A stretch of 63,547 bases of DNA, the filler included, from Octopus bimaculoides (taxonomy: Eukaryota): NCBI RefSeq assembly GCF_001194135.2. It is 6 parts of 6 records of this genome, joined end to end, with 100 filler letters (N's around TTAATTAATTAA, not from the genome) between each part and the next. Parts side by side here need not be neighbours in the genome. Positions count along the whole stretch, not along the records: positions 32,794 to 49,745 come from NC_068983.1; positions 49,846 to 59,886 come from NC_068997.1; 4 more parts are not named here. One strand, written 5' to 3'. Positions 38,137 through 50,416 of this stretch are shown here, in pieces; position 1 is the first letter of the stretch; each line of letters starts with the position of its first letter. The notes beneath the pieces were generated by a model. It did not search any database and was not told the origin of the DNA. It saw only the letters and a list, made by a program, of their open reading frames with translations. A program made the translations under genes and the position numbers.

Positions 38137-38242
38137 AATGCAGTCCAGCACTGACTTGTGGGAAGAGTCAATTTATCCAAAAATAAAGAAAGCAATAATC
38201 TGCTCAGTAATTGTATCTCAGGAACTTGTTGAAACCAGAAAG
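38137..38242 (+). CDS. TTLL3: TTLL3/8-like glycylase internal exon
   Basis: ttttag|A ATG...AGA AAG|gtatg. Encodes (R)MQSSTDLWEESIYPKIKKAIICSVIVSQELVETRK. The phase 2 start matches the previous exon and the end is phase 0. Confidence 0.9.
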
Positions 38243-38324
38243 GTATGCCAAACTTTTACTTTTGTACTTCTAATTCAGTTATTTGTATGTATTTGTGAAT
38301 GTGTTTAGTTTATATAGCCTTATT

Positions 38325-38478
38325 TCCATGCTGGCATGGGCTGGACGGTTTAACTGAGGTCTGGAAAGCCAGTGGCTGCACCAGGCTCCAATCTAATCTG
38401 GCAAGGTTTCTCCAGCTGAATGCCTTTCCTAATGCCAACCACTCCAAGAGTGTAGTGGGTGCTTTTTACGTGCCACTA
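38325..38478 (-). mobile_element. Family E fragment in TTLL intron
   Basis: Same sequence family as 35997-36215. Confidence 0.8.
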
Positions 38479-38560
38479 TATTAGGAAATGTAAGTTTAAT
38501 TATCAGAATATTATTACAGTTCTCTCTTTAGATCATTGAGCTAATCTTTGGTGCTTCTAA

Positions 38561-38591
<31 letters not shown>

Positions 38592-38829
38592 ATAAAAATT
38601 ATGCAAGTTGAAATTGAATGACTTTTTAGTTGGTTGAATGTCTGACTGTTTCACTGATTTCTTCTTTTGAAAATTCCTCAGCTGAGCCAAAACATTTTTT
38701 TTTTTCAGCTAGCATTAAACTAAAACTCAATTTCTGTAGACATCAAAACAATATTTCAGACGGTTTTCTCATATTATATATTGGTTTCAAATTTTTGCAC
38801 AAGGTAGAGGTGAGGGTATGTCAATTACA

Positions 38830-38990
38830 TTGATCCCACTGTTCAGCTGGTATTTATTTTATTGACCCCGAAAGGATGGAAGGCAAAGTCGGCCTTAGTA
38901 GAATTTGAACTCAGAACATAAAAGACAGGCAAAATACCACTAAGCATTTTGCCCAGCGCAGTGATAATTCTACCAGCTTGCTGCCTTTTT
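38830..38990 (-). mobile_element. SINE family D fragment in TTLL intron
   Basis: GACCCCGAAAGGATG.AAGGCAAAGTC..GAATTTGAACTCAGAAC, shared with 51201-51659. Confidence 0.8.
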
Positions 38991-39089
38991 CTAATATTGA
39001 ATATTGATGAATACTAAATGAATTTATTTGAAACAATTCCTGATACCAATGAAAATTTTAAATTATTATTATCATTATCCCTTTTGTAG

Positions 39090-39237
39090 GGCTCTTTTGA
39101 ACTTTATGGTGCTGATTTCATGTTGAGTGATGATTACATTCCATGGTTAATAGAAATTAATTCGAATCCTAGTATGCAACATAGTACAAAAGTAACGTCA
39201 GTGTTATGTTGTAAAGTATTAGAAGATACTCTTAAAG
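39090..39237 (+). CDS. TTLL3: TTLL3/8-like glycylase catalytic exon
   Basis: ttttgtag|GGC...AAA G|gtaag. Encodes [57 protein letters not shown] and WLIEIN (ATP-grasp ExN) are diagnostic of TTLL3/8. Confidence 0.95.
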
Positions 39238-42206
39238 GTAAGAATTTGTCTATTGTCTGTAGATTACTCAATTTACAATAATTGTATTAATATAATGTAG
39301 GAATGAACGTAATATCAAGTAGTTGAACATATTAAAAAGAAAATAATAAATTAAGGATATGCTTAGATGGCTATTAAAAGAGATATCAATTATCTTATTC
39401 TGCATCTTGTTGGGATGTACATTGAAATCTTCTTTGTCACATTCAGTCTCAATTAGAAATTCTTGATTTTTAAATTAGCAAGAACTGTGCTTGATGCTAG
39501 GCTGTGTTTGCCCAAGCTATTTAGTTTGTACCCATACAACCTGTCTACCCCTTCAAAAAACATACACTTACCACCAGATAATAACATCACAATCACATTC
39601 TCATGCCATTTCATAGAAAAACAAATGCATTTTTACTCCAGCCTGACATCATCCACCCGGGAATCTAGGCTCTAAAGAGAGAGACCCAAATTAGCTCTTT
39701 CCAAACCCATCAGATCTTTGTTTTTTACAAATAACATAAAAATATATACTCAGTAAATCAACCATTATGCTCAACATTGTCAATGTACTGCATACATGGA
39801 AGATAAAAATACAAGCAATTATTCACCACACCTCTTCAACATGACACCATATAGACAGTTAAGAAACAAAATAATATTCAAACATACTTAGAACCCTCAT
39901 GAGTTCTACATTTGGTTGAACTGTAAAAAAAGAACACAAGTTCATAAATAATATCTAAGATTCACCATGGATTATATTTATCCCTGTAACCTGCCTCAAT
40001 CTCTCCATAACAAACTATAATGACCACAAAAAGCATTCTTCGCATCATTACAAGTTATCCACAGATGAAACAATAATACTAGGAATGAAAGACCTTCTAG
40101 ATATAGTTTGTTATTCTGACTTGCTCTTTTCTTGCCAGTGTATGTAAAAACACTTTGTCAAAACAGCCATACACATTTATAACACCCTTAAACTCTAACA
40201 ATACTATTACTTCCAATCAGTCTAAACCAGTGATTCTCAAGCTGAGAAATACCAGGCCTCTACAAAAAATATTAGTGAAATATTTGACAGTATCCCTTCT
40301 GTTAGTCCAAAACAATACATCAATAATTTAGTACCTTTCATGTTTTTGAAGGAAAAAAAAAACAACTAATTCATTATGGCCTTGTTTGTAACTATCGTTT
40401 TCAATATTTCCTAGGTGAAGTAAATAATAATTAGTGAATATATCTTGTGTACCATTTTGAATTTCATTCCTCCTGATGATTCCAGAGAAGTCAAATCTAT
40501 TGACTCTGTGAATAGTTAACTTTCCTAAACTGCCACAGAAATTTATAGACACATTAAAAAACAAAAAAAAAACTCTTGCACTTTAGCATGTGAATTACTT
40601 TATCAAGTTTTCTTTTTGTGATTTAGGTTTTTAACTAATTAATTAGGTGCATGTGTTGTTTTATCAAAAATCATGCTATATCTGAAAGTGCACCCAAACC
40701 GTGACATCATTCTCGTCTGTTTTCTTCCTCTTTATCAATAGCTATCGAGTATCTAATATTTCCAAGCCTTATATTCTATCTGTTGCTAATATTAACTGAC
40801 AAAAGTCTGTTATTAATGGAAAAGGTTCGCTGCTGTTGATATTTTAAATCTAACATATCGTAATAATTAAAAGTAGAATGTGAAAGTTTTTTATATTTCA
40901 AGGTGAAAAAGCTGCATTACTTCCCTTCGATATAAAGAATTCCATCCTCTGCACATGCTAGTACTCGCTCTCCAATGATCACTCTTAGAGGCTCCATATT
41001 CTTAGTATTTTCTAAAATTTCCTGGCATTGAAACTGCACTTAAACTCTGAGATTTGTTGACATAATGCAAAGCTTAAATGCACCCATAATAGAAGAGTTG
41101 AAATGGCTGTCTGCTATCAAATACTGGTAACTGAGACCATTTTAAAGAGAAATTCATTTGGCTGATTAATGACTTGCAGATTATGACTATTGCCCTGTGT
41201 TTGTTCTCATCCTACAATAGGTTTTATTTTACAAATCTTCATTACTCTTTGTCAAAACTATTTGTTGTAACTTTGATATTGCTTCTTCTGAAACTTGCCC
41301 CTTTTCCCTGAAATCCTGCCCCAATTGATACATTATGTCCTTAATTCTGAGAACCACTTCATTGTTAAACTTCATTACTCCATTGTATCCTGCAACACTG
41401 CAACCTCTTTCAAATTTATCAACCTGATATTTATTTTCTTTACATTCTGAACTGAAAGATGTCTTGGAATATGAAATCTATCTTGTTCTCTTTATTTAGT
41501 AAAAAAATAAAAACTTGAAGATAAGAGAAAAAAAATGTTCTTTAAAAGTAAAGTTGAACTATCATATACAAAACCGAAGATCATTAAGGAATTTCACTCA
41601 TTGTTAGCTTGATCAAGCAAAGTGATGGGGAAAGACATTTCAGCTATGACCATTCCATCTTTTATTCAATTACTGTGTTTCTAGGATTTCATTAGCTAAT
41701 GCACCAACCTTCTATATTTGAGTGAGGTTTATCTATTTCTAGCAAGTTAACCAACTATGTAGAGCCCCTTTATATTGTTGTAAAGCCAAATCAAAACTAA
41801 CTTACATGGGGTTGAATTATCTTTTATAATCATTAGTACTATATTTTTTTGTTTTTCACAGACATAGGTTAGGTGGCTTTTTACAACAGTATGTTTCCTT
41901 TTACTGTGACCTTCTGTTGTCTTAACTCTGAATACAGGAAACAAAATCTTTCCAGGCACAATTGCTGTAAGATTAAGAGGTGGAGCACTTAAAGCTTTAA
42001 AATATAACATTGTACAGATTTAATTTATGTAAGTGATACTAAAGTAATCATCAGAATGAATAATTGGTAGAATTTCACTTTTCACAATCATTAAAATTAA
42101 AAGAGCTGACTTCATTTTTATAATTAAAAGATCTATAAAACACTTGTTATTTGGAGACAATCTTGATTAATTATATATATATATATATATCTTTTAATCA
42201 TTTCAG

Positions 42207-42874
42207 TTGTTCTTGATCGAAAATATAACAAGTGTTGTGATACAGGAAGTTTTGAGCTGGGTTACAAACAGAGTGTAATCAGTTGTCCTCTGTACCTTTG
42301 CTTAAACATGTCTATTGAAGGCCAAAGAATGAAGACTCCAACTTCAGTTGGGAAACAAATTTTGAAAAGTCCAGTAAGAAGTCCATTAAGGAGTTCATCC
42401 GTAAATAGCAAACATAAAAAAGGAAATGAGTCAATGCCAAAAGATACGGATCGAATCTCAGGCTCATTAAAATATAGAAAAAACTCAAAAACTGTCAATT
42501 CAAATTGCCATTTTTTGAATGATATGAATACTGTAATTAATATTAATAGAAGCAAAATATGTAAACCCAAAGCTTGTTTTGGAAAATTTCGAACTATTAG
42601 ACCAAAGGAAGAGAATGGAGATCAGTCACTACTTGTAAGTACGAGTATTGGAGAGAGACAGTTTAAAACACGAAATAGTAAAAATATACTTCTTACTCAA
42701 AGAAGCAGAAGGAGTCCAGAAATCAAATCTTTTAAACAACAGAATCATAAACTGTCTCTTACTGAATATAGGAGTTCCAAAGAAGCTTTCAAGGCTCATG
42801 TACGTAAAACTTTAGTTCCTAACATTGCTCACATAATATTTCCAATGATCTCTAGAATTTCTGCATTGAAGTAA
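42207..42874 (+). CDS. TTLL3: TTLL3/8-like glycylase terminal coding exon
   Basis: tttcag|TT GTT CTT GAT CGA. Encodes (V)VLDRKYNKCCDTGSFELGYKQ..MSIEGQRMKTP.. in frame with ORF 42308-42874 to TAA 42872-42874. DTGxFELxYKQ is conserved in TTLL3. Confidence 0.88.
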
Positions 42875-43187
42875 AATACAGAGTATAGTTCACAAAAAAC
42901 TGGTGATTTGACTTATTTCTGGAGCTAATTTCATTAAACCAAGGAAATTATTTCTGGTTGAAGTAATTTCTTATTAAAAAGTTGCTTCAACAATTGATAA
43001 ATTTCTGAACTAAGAAATAATGTACTTGAAACATTGGAAAATAATGAAAAAATTGAACTATTTTAAGTAATGTAAAAAAAAAAGACCATCTTTTGACAAT
43101 TGATCAGTTAATCAAAACTTTCTACAACAAATTCGGTTTTATGCTGTTAAAAGCATTCTTCAGACTAAACTTGAGCATTTTTGAGCA

Positions 43188-43193
43188 AATAAA
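43188..43193 (+). terminator. Candidate polyadenylation signal AATAAA for TTLL3/8
   Basis: First AATAAA I noticed downstream of the stop codon; another lies near 43584. Position only, no transcript evidence. Confidence 0.3.
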
Positions 43194-43804
43194 TACTTAC
43201 CATACTCATTGTACTTCCATATTTTGATAATGCTTTTGCTTTTTTTGTTTTCGTTATGTGAAAGAATGAAATTTATGCTTTAAAAATTCTTGAAGGATTA
43301 TATTTTCTGTCAGCAAGAAGTTTTATTTCATGATTTCTAATAAATGATTTTGCAATATAAGTAATTTTCTTGATTACATATTTTAAAAATTATTCATTTT
43401 AACATATTATTAGTTTTTTCCAATGCAAAAAAAAATCGTGGGGCATACAATTTTAATGTTGGTATGCAAGAGGAAATTCTAATATTTGATATTTTTGTAA
43501 GAATGAATAATTTATTTTAAGTTTTAATTAATTTTCATTAGCAAATTGGTATTTTACATTTGTATCAACAGCAAAAACATACTAATAAATCTTTCCTACT
43601 TTTTTAATTTCCACAAATGTTTATTTATATATTTTGTTTGTTCTTTATATCACAAATGAGGAATTCTGAATTCTGAAAGTTTAGAAGAAATACAATCACA
43701 TTAGGTAGAAATTAGAATATAGGTTTTTTTTAATGTGTTAGTCTGTAAAGGAGAAGCTCTATCCATATCCTGGACCAAAGGAGTGGATTAACGGCATTTG
43801 AGTA

Positions 43805-43950
43805 CAGGTATGGCTGTGTGGTTTAGAAGTTCACTTTGCAGTTATGTGTTTTGAGATTTAATCTCATTGCACTGTACCTTGAGCAAGTGTCTTCTGTGAT
43901 AACCCTTGAATGAAATTTGGGAGGCAGAAACTGTGCATAAGTCCATCGGC
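43805..43950 (+). mobile_element. Degenerate SINE family A head
   Basis: GGTATGGCTGTGTGGTTTAGAAG..CCTTGAGCAAGTGTCTTCT. Confidence 0.7.
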
Positions 43951-44369
43951 AGGACTATACTTGTTCATAGGCAAAAGACTTAATCTCTTTCCTGGTTAAA
44001 TGCAATCACTTGACCCTTGGTTGTCTTCAGTGGAATATGTTCTGTTGCATAGTTTGTATGTATTTGGGTCTGTTCTCTCATCTCAGGGTGACTGCCACCC
44101 CCACCCCACAACAATTTCAGTGGTTCTGAAAAGAGACATGGATGCTGCCTTTCTTCCCCTAACTAAGCAAAAGGGGAAAAAAGTTAGTGATTGCAATTGA
44201 CAGTGAATTATAAAATATTAGTAGTTAGAGAGGTAACATGGGTAAATAAATAGTTTCAGTGAGTGGTGGATGAAGTTTGGAGGAATAAGAATGTTTTGTG
44301 TACTGACTGAGAGAAGAATTACAACTAATTGGTGTTAATTTAGGTACACAGCCAGCAATTTGGGGAAAG

Positions 44370-44535
44370 ATGTTTGTCAGTAGCATCAACCCTTGTATTT
44401 GACTAGTACTTCCTTTTGTTGACCCCTAAAAGGATGAAAAGCAAGGTTGACCTCAGCAAGATTTGAACTGAGAATGTAAAGAGCTGGAATAAATATTATG
44501 AGCCACTTTTTTTCTGACACTCTAATCATTCTACC
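44370..44535 (-). mobile_element. SINE family D fragment
   Basis: GACCCCTAAAAGGATGAAAAGCAAGGTTGACCTC..ATTTGAACTGAGAATG. Confidence 0.7.
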
Positions 44536-44589
44536 AACAAACAATTCAGTTAAATTGAGTAGGTGTGACATAAATATAAACAGTTCAAA

Positions 44590-45048
44590 GTAGCTGATTC
44601 CTTCGACTGGCACCCATGCCAACGTCGTCTCCTTCATTGGACATGAAACTCACCTTGCGAAGACTTATTGGGGCAAGCGAAAGCGAAATCGGGATGGCAC
44701 CTGTGCCCAGCGTCGCCTTTTTGGCACTTGTGCCCGTGACATGTGTAAGGATTTTCGAGCAAGATCGTTGCCAGTGCCCCTGGACTGGCTCTTGTGCGGG
44801 TGGCATATAAAATACACCATTTTGAGCGTGGCCGTTGCCAGTACCGCCTGACTGGCCTTCGTGCCGGTGGTACGTAAAAGCACCCACTACACTCTCTGAG
44901 TGGTTGGCGTTAGGAAGGGCATCTAGCTGTAGAAACTCTGCCAAATCAGATTGGAGCTTGGTGCAGCCATCTGGTTTCACCAGTCTTCAGTCAAATCGTT
45001 CAACCCATGCTAGCATGGAAAACGGATGTTAAACGATGATGATGATGA
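44590..45048 (+). mobile_element. Family E element (long copy) ending in (GAT)n; many CpGs retained
   Basis: Homologous to 48885-49340 and 30560-30800. Confidence 0.85.
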
Positions 45049-45390
45049 ATGTGTTGTACATTTAATTGCATAGTGACTGTGTTTTGGTACTATTAAGTAA
45101 ATCAGTTATGTCTTCATTGCAAAATATCATGGGAGAATGAAGATGTTTGATGCATGTCACTAAAACTTGCGAATGATAAGTAAAGGAAGAAAGTTGAACA
45201 GGGACTAGTAACTTCATTTTATAAGGGCTCACTTTTGATGCTTTTTACATTTGCCTATCATCCACATGAAAATAATCCCATATATCATCTTACTTTCATT
45301 ACTGGCAATGCTTAATTAAGTAAAAATGAAACAAATCATGACACAAAAGACTGTTTAAAAGTCATCAACTCACAATGACCCATATATATA

Positions 45391-45756
45391 TACTCTTTTA
45401 CTTGTTTCAGTAATTTGATTGTGGCCATGCTGGAGCACTGCCTTAAAGAGTTTTAGTCAAAGGAATCGACCCCGGAACTTAATCTATTGGTCTCTTTTGC
45501 TAAACCACTAAGTTATAGGGATGTAAACATACCAACATAGGTTGTCAAGTGGTGGTGTGGGTACAGAAAACACACACATGAATATATACATCTATATACA
45601 ATGGGCTTCTTTAAGTTTCTGTCTACCAAATCCACTCATAAGGCTTTGGTCAGCCTGAGGCTATAGTAGAAGGTACTTGCCCAAGGTGCCACACAGTGGA
45701 ACTGAATCTGGAACTATGAGGTTGGGATGCAAGCTTCTTACCACACAGCCACACCT
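45391..45756 (-). mobile_element. SINE family A, CpG-decayed
   Basis: Colinear with 19785-20205. Confidence 0.85.
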
Positions 45757-46019
45757 ATTAAATTTGATGTTTTCAGAAAAGGTCTGAGGCCCACATCTCA
45801 GTGGTTCACTTGTGGGCTACAGCCCACTTGTTATATTCCCAGAGTAGGAGGTGACAATGAATAAATCATTAAGAGAAGCAAGGAAGTGGATCAGGGAGGA
45901 GCATTTCTCATTGTTTACTTTCATGTTGATAGGATGGGGATAGAAGAGATTTTGCAATAAATGATTTGATAATAAGGGTTGTTAAATAACTGCCAACTTA
46001 AATATTTCAGTTTTAGGAG

Positions 46020-46395
46020 GAGTTCATTTGACGATGGCCATGCTGGGGCACTGCCTTTAAGAATGTTTTTTTAGTCCAATGGATTGACACCAGTGCTTAT
46101 TTTTTCTTTTAAGCCTGATACTTATTTTATCAGTTTCTTTTGCTGAACTGCTAAATTATTGGGTCGTAAATACACCAATGCTGGTTGTCAAGTGGTGGTG
46201 GGGAGACAAACATTGATACAAAGACACACACACATATATGATGGTCTTCTTTCAGTTTTTGTCTACCAAATCCACTCACAAGGCTTTGGTCAGCCTAAGG
46301 CTATAGAAGAAAACACTTGTGCACGGTGCCACACAGTGGGGCTGAACCTGGAACCATGTGGTTAGAAAGCAAACTTCTTACCACACAGCCACGCC
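46020..46395 (-). mobile_element. SINE family A, CpG-decayed
   Basis: Colinear with 19785-20205. Confidence 0.85.
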
Positions 46396-46818
46396 ATGTA
46401 TACAATAAGATAAAAAGCATAAAAACAACAATTATACTTTGGTCAAGAGACCATTGGCGTTGCAATGGAGCTGGTTTTATTAAATGTGGTCTAGTTCTTG
46501 TTATTGCAAAATCTGCTCTGGCCAGGCAGATCGAAAGCATTCCAGCCATGACAATCCCATCTTTTCAAGAATAGTTTATCTCAGACAACATTATCCAATA
46601 TGTCCATCTTTTTTTAAATCTGATATGAAGATGTGATTTAAGAAAGATTTGGCAACTATCTATGTCCTATAGAAGGTTCTCCTATGGCTTGTATTCTAGC
46701 TGTTGAGGAAAGAAAAAGATTGATAGTGTTACAAGAGGTGATTGATTATGATCATCTCCAGAGTTTTATTCTATTAGAGGAAGGAAGAATCTTTGTTTGA
46801 ATTTTCTCAGCATATATA

Positions 46819-47712
46819 TTGGGTCATCCCATAAATAATGCGTTTGTTTTACACTTTTTTTTATTTTTCAAAATTAAGATAAAGTTCTTATGGTTGTTTT
46901 CCTTCTAGCACTGATTTAAGCTGCTTGCTGTAGATCTCCTTTGTTATTGTTTGGTTTGGATTTAAATGTTCAAAGTGGACTAAACCTTTCATATCCCACC
47001 AAACAGACAACAACACCTTACATGGATGAAGACATTCTTTAGCCTGGGGTGCTGGTGTTTCTCCTTTCCCTACCCACTGTCTTCGGCACTTGACACTTTT
47101 ATAGAGAACTCATTTCTTGCCACCAGTCCTATTCGGTTAAAAATGGTTCATTCATGAGATGTGACAGCAAAGAAGAGCACAGTTTGTGAGGAACCCATTG
47201 ACTCAATTTGCTGACTTTTCTGATGGCACACAGGTGTTGATGAATGGTTGAATGATCAAATCCAAGCTTCTCTGCAAGTTCCTCAACAGTAACAATGGGA
47301 TTTTGTTCCACCAAGGTTTGCAGGACGTCCTCATTGAGCTCTTCAGATCTTCCAGGATGTGGCTCATCTTCTAGGCTGTAGTTTCTGGGAGCACTGTTGA
47401 CACTAGCCCTCGCTTATTGTCCGATTCCCATATATTGCATTAATATTCCTCACACTTTCCGTAGCATTGTTGCCTTTATTGAACTCACAAAGCAAAAAAT
47501 GCCGAATATGCTCCTTTGTCACTTCCATTATAGCTTTGAAAAAATAACACTTAAAATCAAACTGCACTCTTCAAAATTTTCACTAAGAATAAGGACAAAG
47601 TAAAATTACTACCTGCTTTTATAGCAAGTTGATGCAGGTAGTTTATCCCATCCCCCTCTGACTATTAGTTTACGCAGTTGAAAACACCAACATTATTTAT
47701 GGGATGACCCAA
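46819..47712 (-). mobile_element. Internally deleted mariner element with perfect TIRs and TA duplication
   Basis: TA|TTGGGTCATCCCATAAATAATG ... CATTATTTATGGGATGACCCAA|TA. ORF 47129-47314 (VEQNPIVTVEELAEKLGFDHSTIHQHL..KVSKLSQWVPHKL) carries the mariner HTH and WVPH motif. Confidence 0.93.
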
Positions 47713-48004
47713 TATATGTGTCTGTGTACATATATATATATATATATATACACCTTGTTCAGTGTGTCAACACAAATCCAATCTGTAGCTCAGGAATTTT
47801 AATTATTGCAATTTTATGAAATTTACAAGTTACATATATTAAGTATAGTTATTACTGTATCTGTTGTAGAAGCAAGCAGAAAATTTACCAAAGGTACTTG
47901 AAAATAAAAGGTAGGAAGTAACCTTGTCATTTTTTTTTTTTTATATATTAATGCTAATTAATATCCTAAACATTTTAAATGTTCTCACAACTTTCAATCA
48001 GACA

Positions 48005-48400
48005 AATAATAATAATAATAATCATAATGATTTTTAACATAGGCACAACTCCAGAAAATTGGGAGGAGGGTTATAGCCAATTATATCAACCCCACTAATT
48101 GACTGATACTTTAAGAACCTGGAATGATGAAAGACAAAGTTGACTTTATAGGATTTGAACTCAGAAGGTAAGGAGTCAGAACACATTCTTTTCTACTCAA
48201 GGCACAGGGCCCGAAATTTTTGGGGAGGGAGCCAGTCGATTAGATTGACTCCAGTACATAACTGGAACTTCATTTATTGGCCCCGAAAGGACGAAAGGCA
48301 AAGTTGATCTCGGCAGAATTTGAACTCAGAATGTAAAGTCAGACGAAATACTGCTAAGCATTTCGCCCAGCATGCTACTGTTTCTGCCAGCTTGCCACCT
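48005..48400 (-). mobile_element. Two tandem SINE family D copies (one degenerate)
   Basis: Repeated ..GGGGAGG..GTCGATTA..GAAAGG.CGAAAGGCAAAGTTGA..GAATTTGAACTCAGAA blocks after an (AAT)n run. Confidence 0.7.
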
Positions 48401-48614
48401 TAGCCAGGACACATATTGACCCTTTAATGCTTTTACCAGTATTAATAACTGTTTCTTTCATAGGCCACAGATTTAGAGGGAAGAGGGGCTAGTTAAATAA
48501 ACTCTCAGTATTTTAGGTGTTTTTCTGACCTGCTAATGGTTCTAATTTAGGTAGGGGGTTCAGAAATTTATAGGGGTGGGGTTACTTGATTAAATCAAGC
48601 CCAGTACTTGACAG

Positions 48615-48815
48615 ATATCTTTTACTTGTTTCAGGCATTACACTGTGGCCATGCTGGTGCATTGCCTTGAAGAATTTTTAGTCAAATGAATTCACCCCAG
48701 TACTTATCTTTTAAGCCTGTACTTATTCTATTGGTTCTCTTTGCTGAACTGCTAAGTTATGGGGATGTAAACACCAACACTGGTTGTCAAGCAGTACTGG
48801 GGGACAGACACACAA
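48615..48815 (-). mobile_element. Partial SINE family A
   Basis: CTTTTACTTGTTTCAG..GGCCATGCTGG..GCTAAGTTATGGGGATGTAAAC..GGTTGTCAAGC. Confidence 0.8.
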
Positions 48816-48824
48816 ACACATGTG

Positions 48825-48872
<48 letters not shown>

Positions 48873-48884
48873 TGAAAGTGAAAT

Positions 48885-49340
48885 CATGATGGCACCTGTA
48901 CCAGTGGAGCACTAAGAGCACCGTCCGAGCGTGGTCGTTGCCAGTGCCGATGGACTGGCTCCTGTGCAGGTGACACGTAAAATACACCATTTCGAGCGTG
49001 GCTGTTGCCAGTACCCGCCTGACTGGCCCTCGTGCCGGTGGCACGTAAAAGCACCCACTACATTCTCGGAGTGANNNNNNNNNNNNNNNNNNNNNNNNNN
49101 NNNNNNNNNNNNNNNNNNNNNNNNNNNNNNNNNNNNNNNNNNNNNNNNNNNNNNNNNNNNNNNNNNNNNNNNNNNNNNNNNNNNNNNNNNNNNNNNNNNN
49201 NNNGTATCCAGCTGTAGAAACTCTGCCAAATCAGATTGGAGCCTGGTGTCGCCTCCTGGTCCACCAGTCCTCAGTCAAATTGTCCAACCCATGCTAGCAT
49301 GGAAAGCGGACGTTAAACGACGACAATGATGATGATGATG
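48885..49340 (+). mobile_element. Family E element spanning a gap
   Basis: Same sequence as 44590-45048 on both sides of the N run. Confidence 0.85.
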
Positions 49341-49702
49341 ATATATATATATATATATATATATATAGTAATAATAATGATAATAATACTTGGATGAAAC
49401 TTATAAATATTTTAATGCATTGCTACCTGCATTTCCATGCATCACATGTTTCTTAAGATCATAGCCCATATTCCTGAAATAATTACTGTACAGTCCATAG
49501 TATCCATGGACATTGGATAGATCATGTTCATGCATTCATTTCTTATCATTATTACTTATATTTGTCCTACATTATATCGACACAGCTTGATGCGACCCCA
49601 AAAAATTGGTATCGCCAGTTGGCATCATTGAGCTGTAACCAGCATAATAAAATAGAAGCTTTTATATACATATTCAAAACGTTTCCCATAAACGAACTTA
49701 AA

Positions 49703-49745
<43 letters not shown>

Positions 49746-49789
49746 NNNNNNNNNNNNNNNNNNNNNNNNNNNNNNNNNNNNNNNNNNNN

Positions 49790-49801
49790 TTAATTAATTA
49801 A
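49790..49801. other. Artificial scaffold spacer TTAATTAATTAA
   Basis: 44 N + 12 nt + 44 N. Confidence 0.95.
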
Positions 49802-49924
49802 NNNNNNNNNNNNNNNNNNNNNNNNNNNNNNNNNNNNNNNNNNNNCCCATCATTATTCATCTCCCACTTCTGACAATTTCTTCATCTCCATATTCAAAAT
49901 CAACTTCCTCTCATCGTCACCAAT

Positions 49925-49926
49925 CG

Positions 49927-49977
<51 letters not shown>

Positions 49978-50168
49978 ACATCATCCTCATCATTGCTATC
50001 ATCATAAACATCGCCTCCACCAACATCCTCTGCAGAAACAGCACCAACATTAGCAACACCATCAACACCACCGCCGCCGCCGCCACCACTACCGCCAATA
50101 TGATGATGATAATCATCATCATCATCATCATCATCATAATCATCATCATCATCATCATCATCATCATA
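49925..50168. repeat. (CAT)n/(CAC/CGC)n compound microsatellite
   Basis: Directly visible. It generates the poly-D/M/I ORFs. Confidence 0.95.
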
Positions 50169-50363
50169 ACCGTTACTCTTTTTTTCTTTTTCATCTTTTT
50201 CCACACCTCTTTTTCATTCTTTTTTCACCACGCTAAATCATTTTTGTTAGGTTTTATTGTGTTTTTCACGCATACGTACATAGAAACACACATACAAGCA
50301 TACCTACACGCTCTCATACATATACATATGTATATCTATCTAAGTGTGCACATGTGCATATAC

Positions 50364-50416
<53 letters not shown>

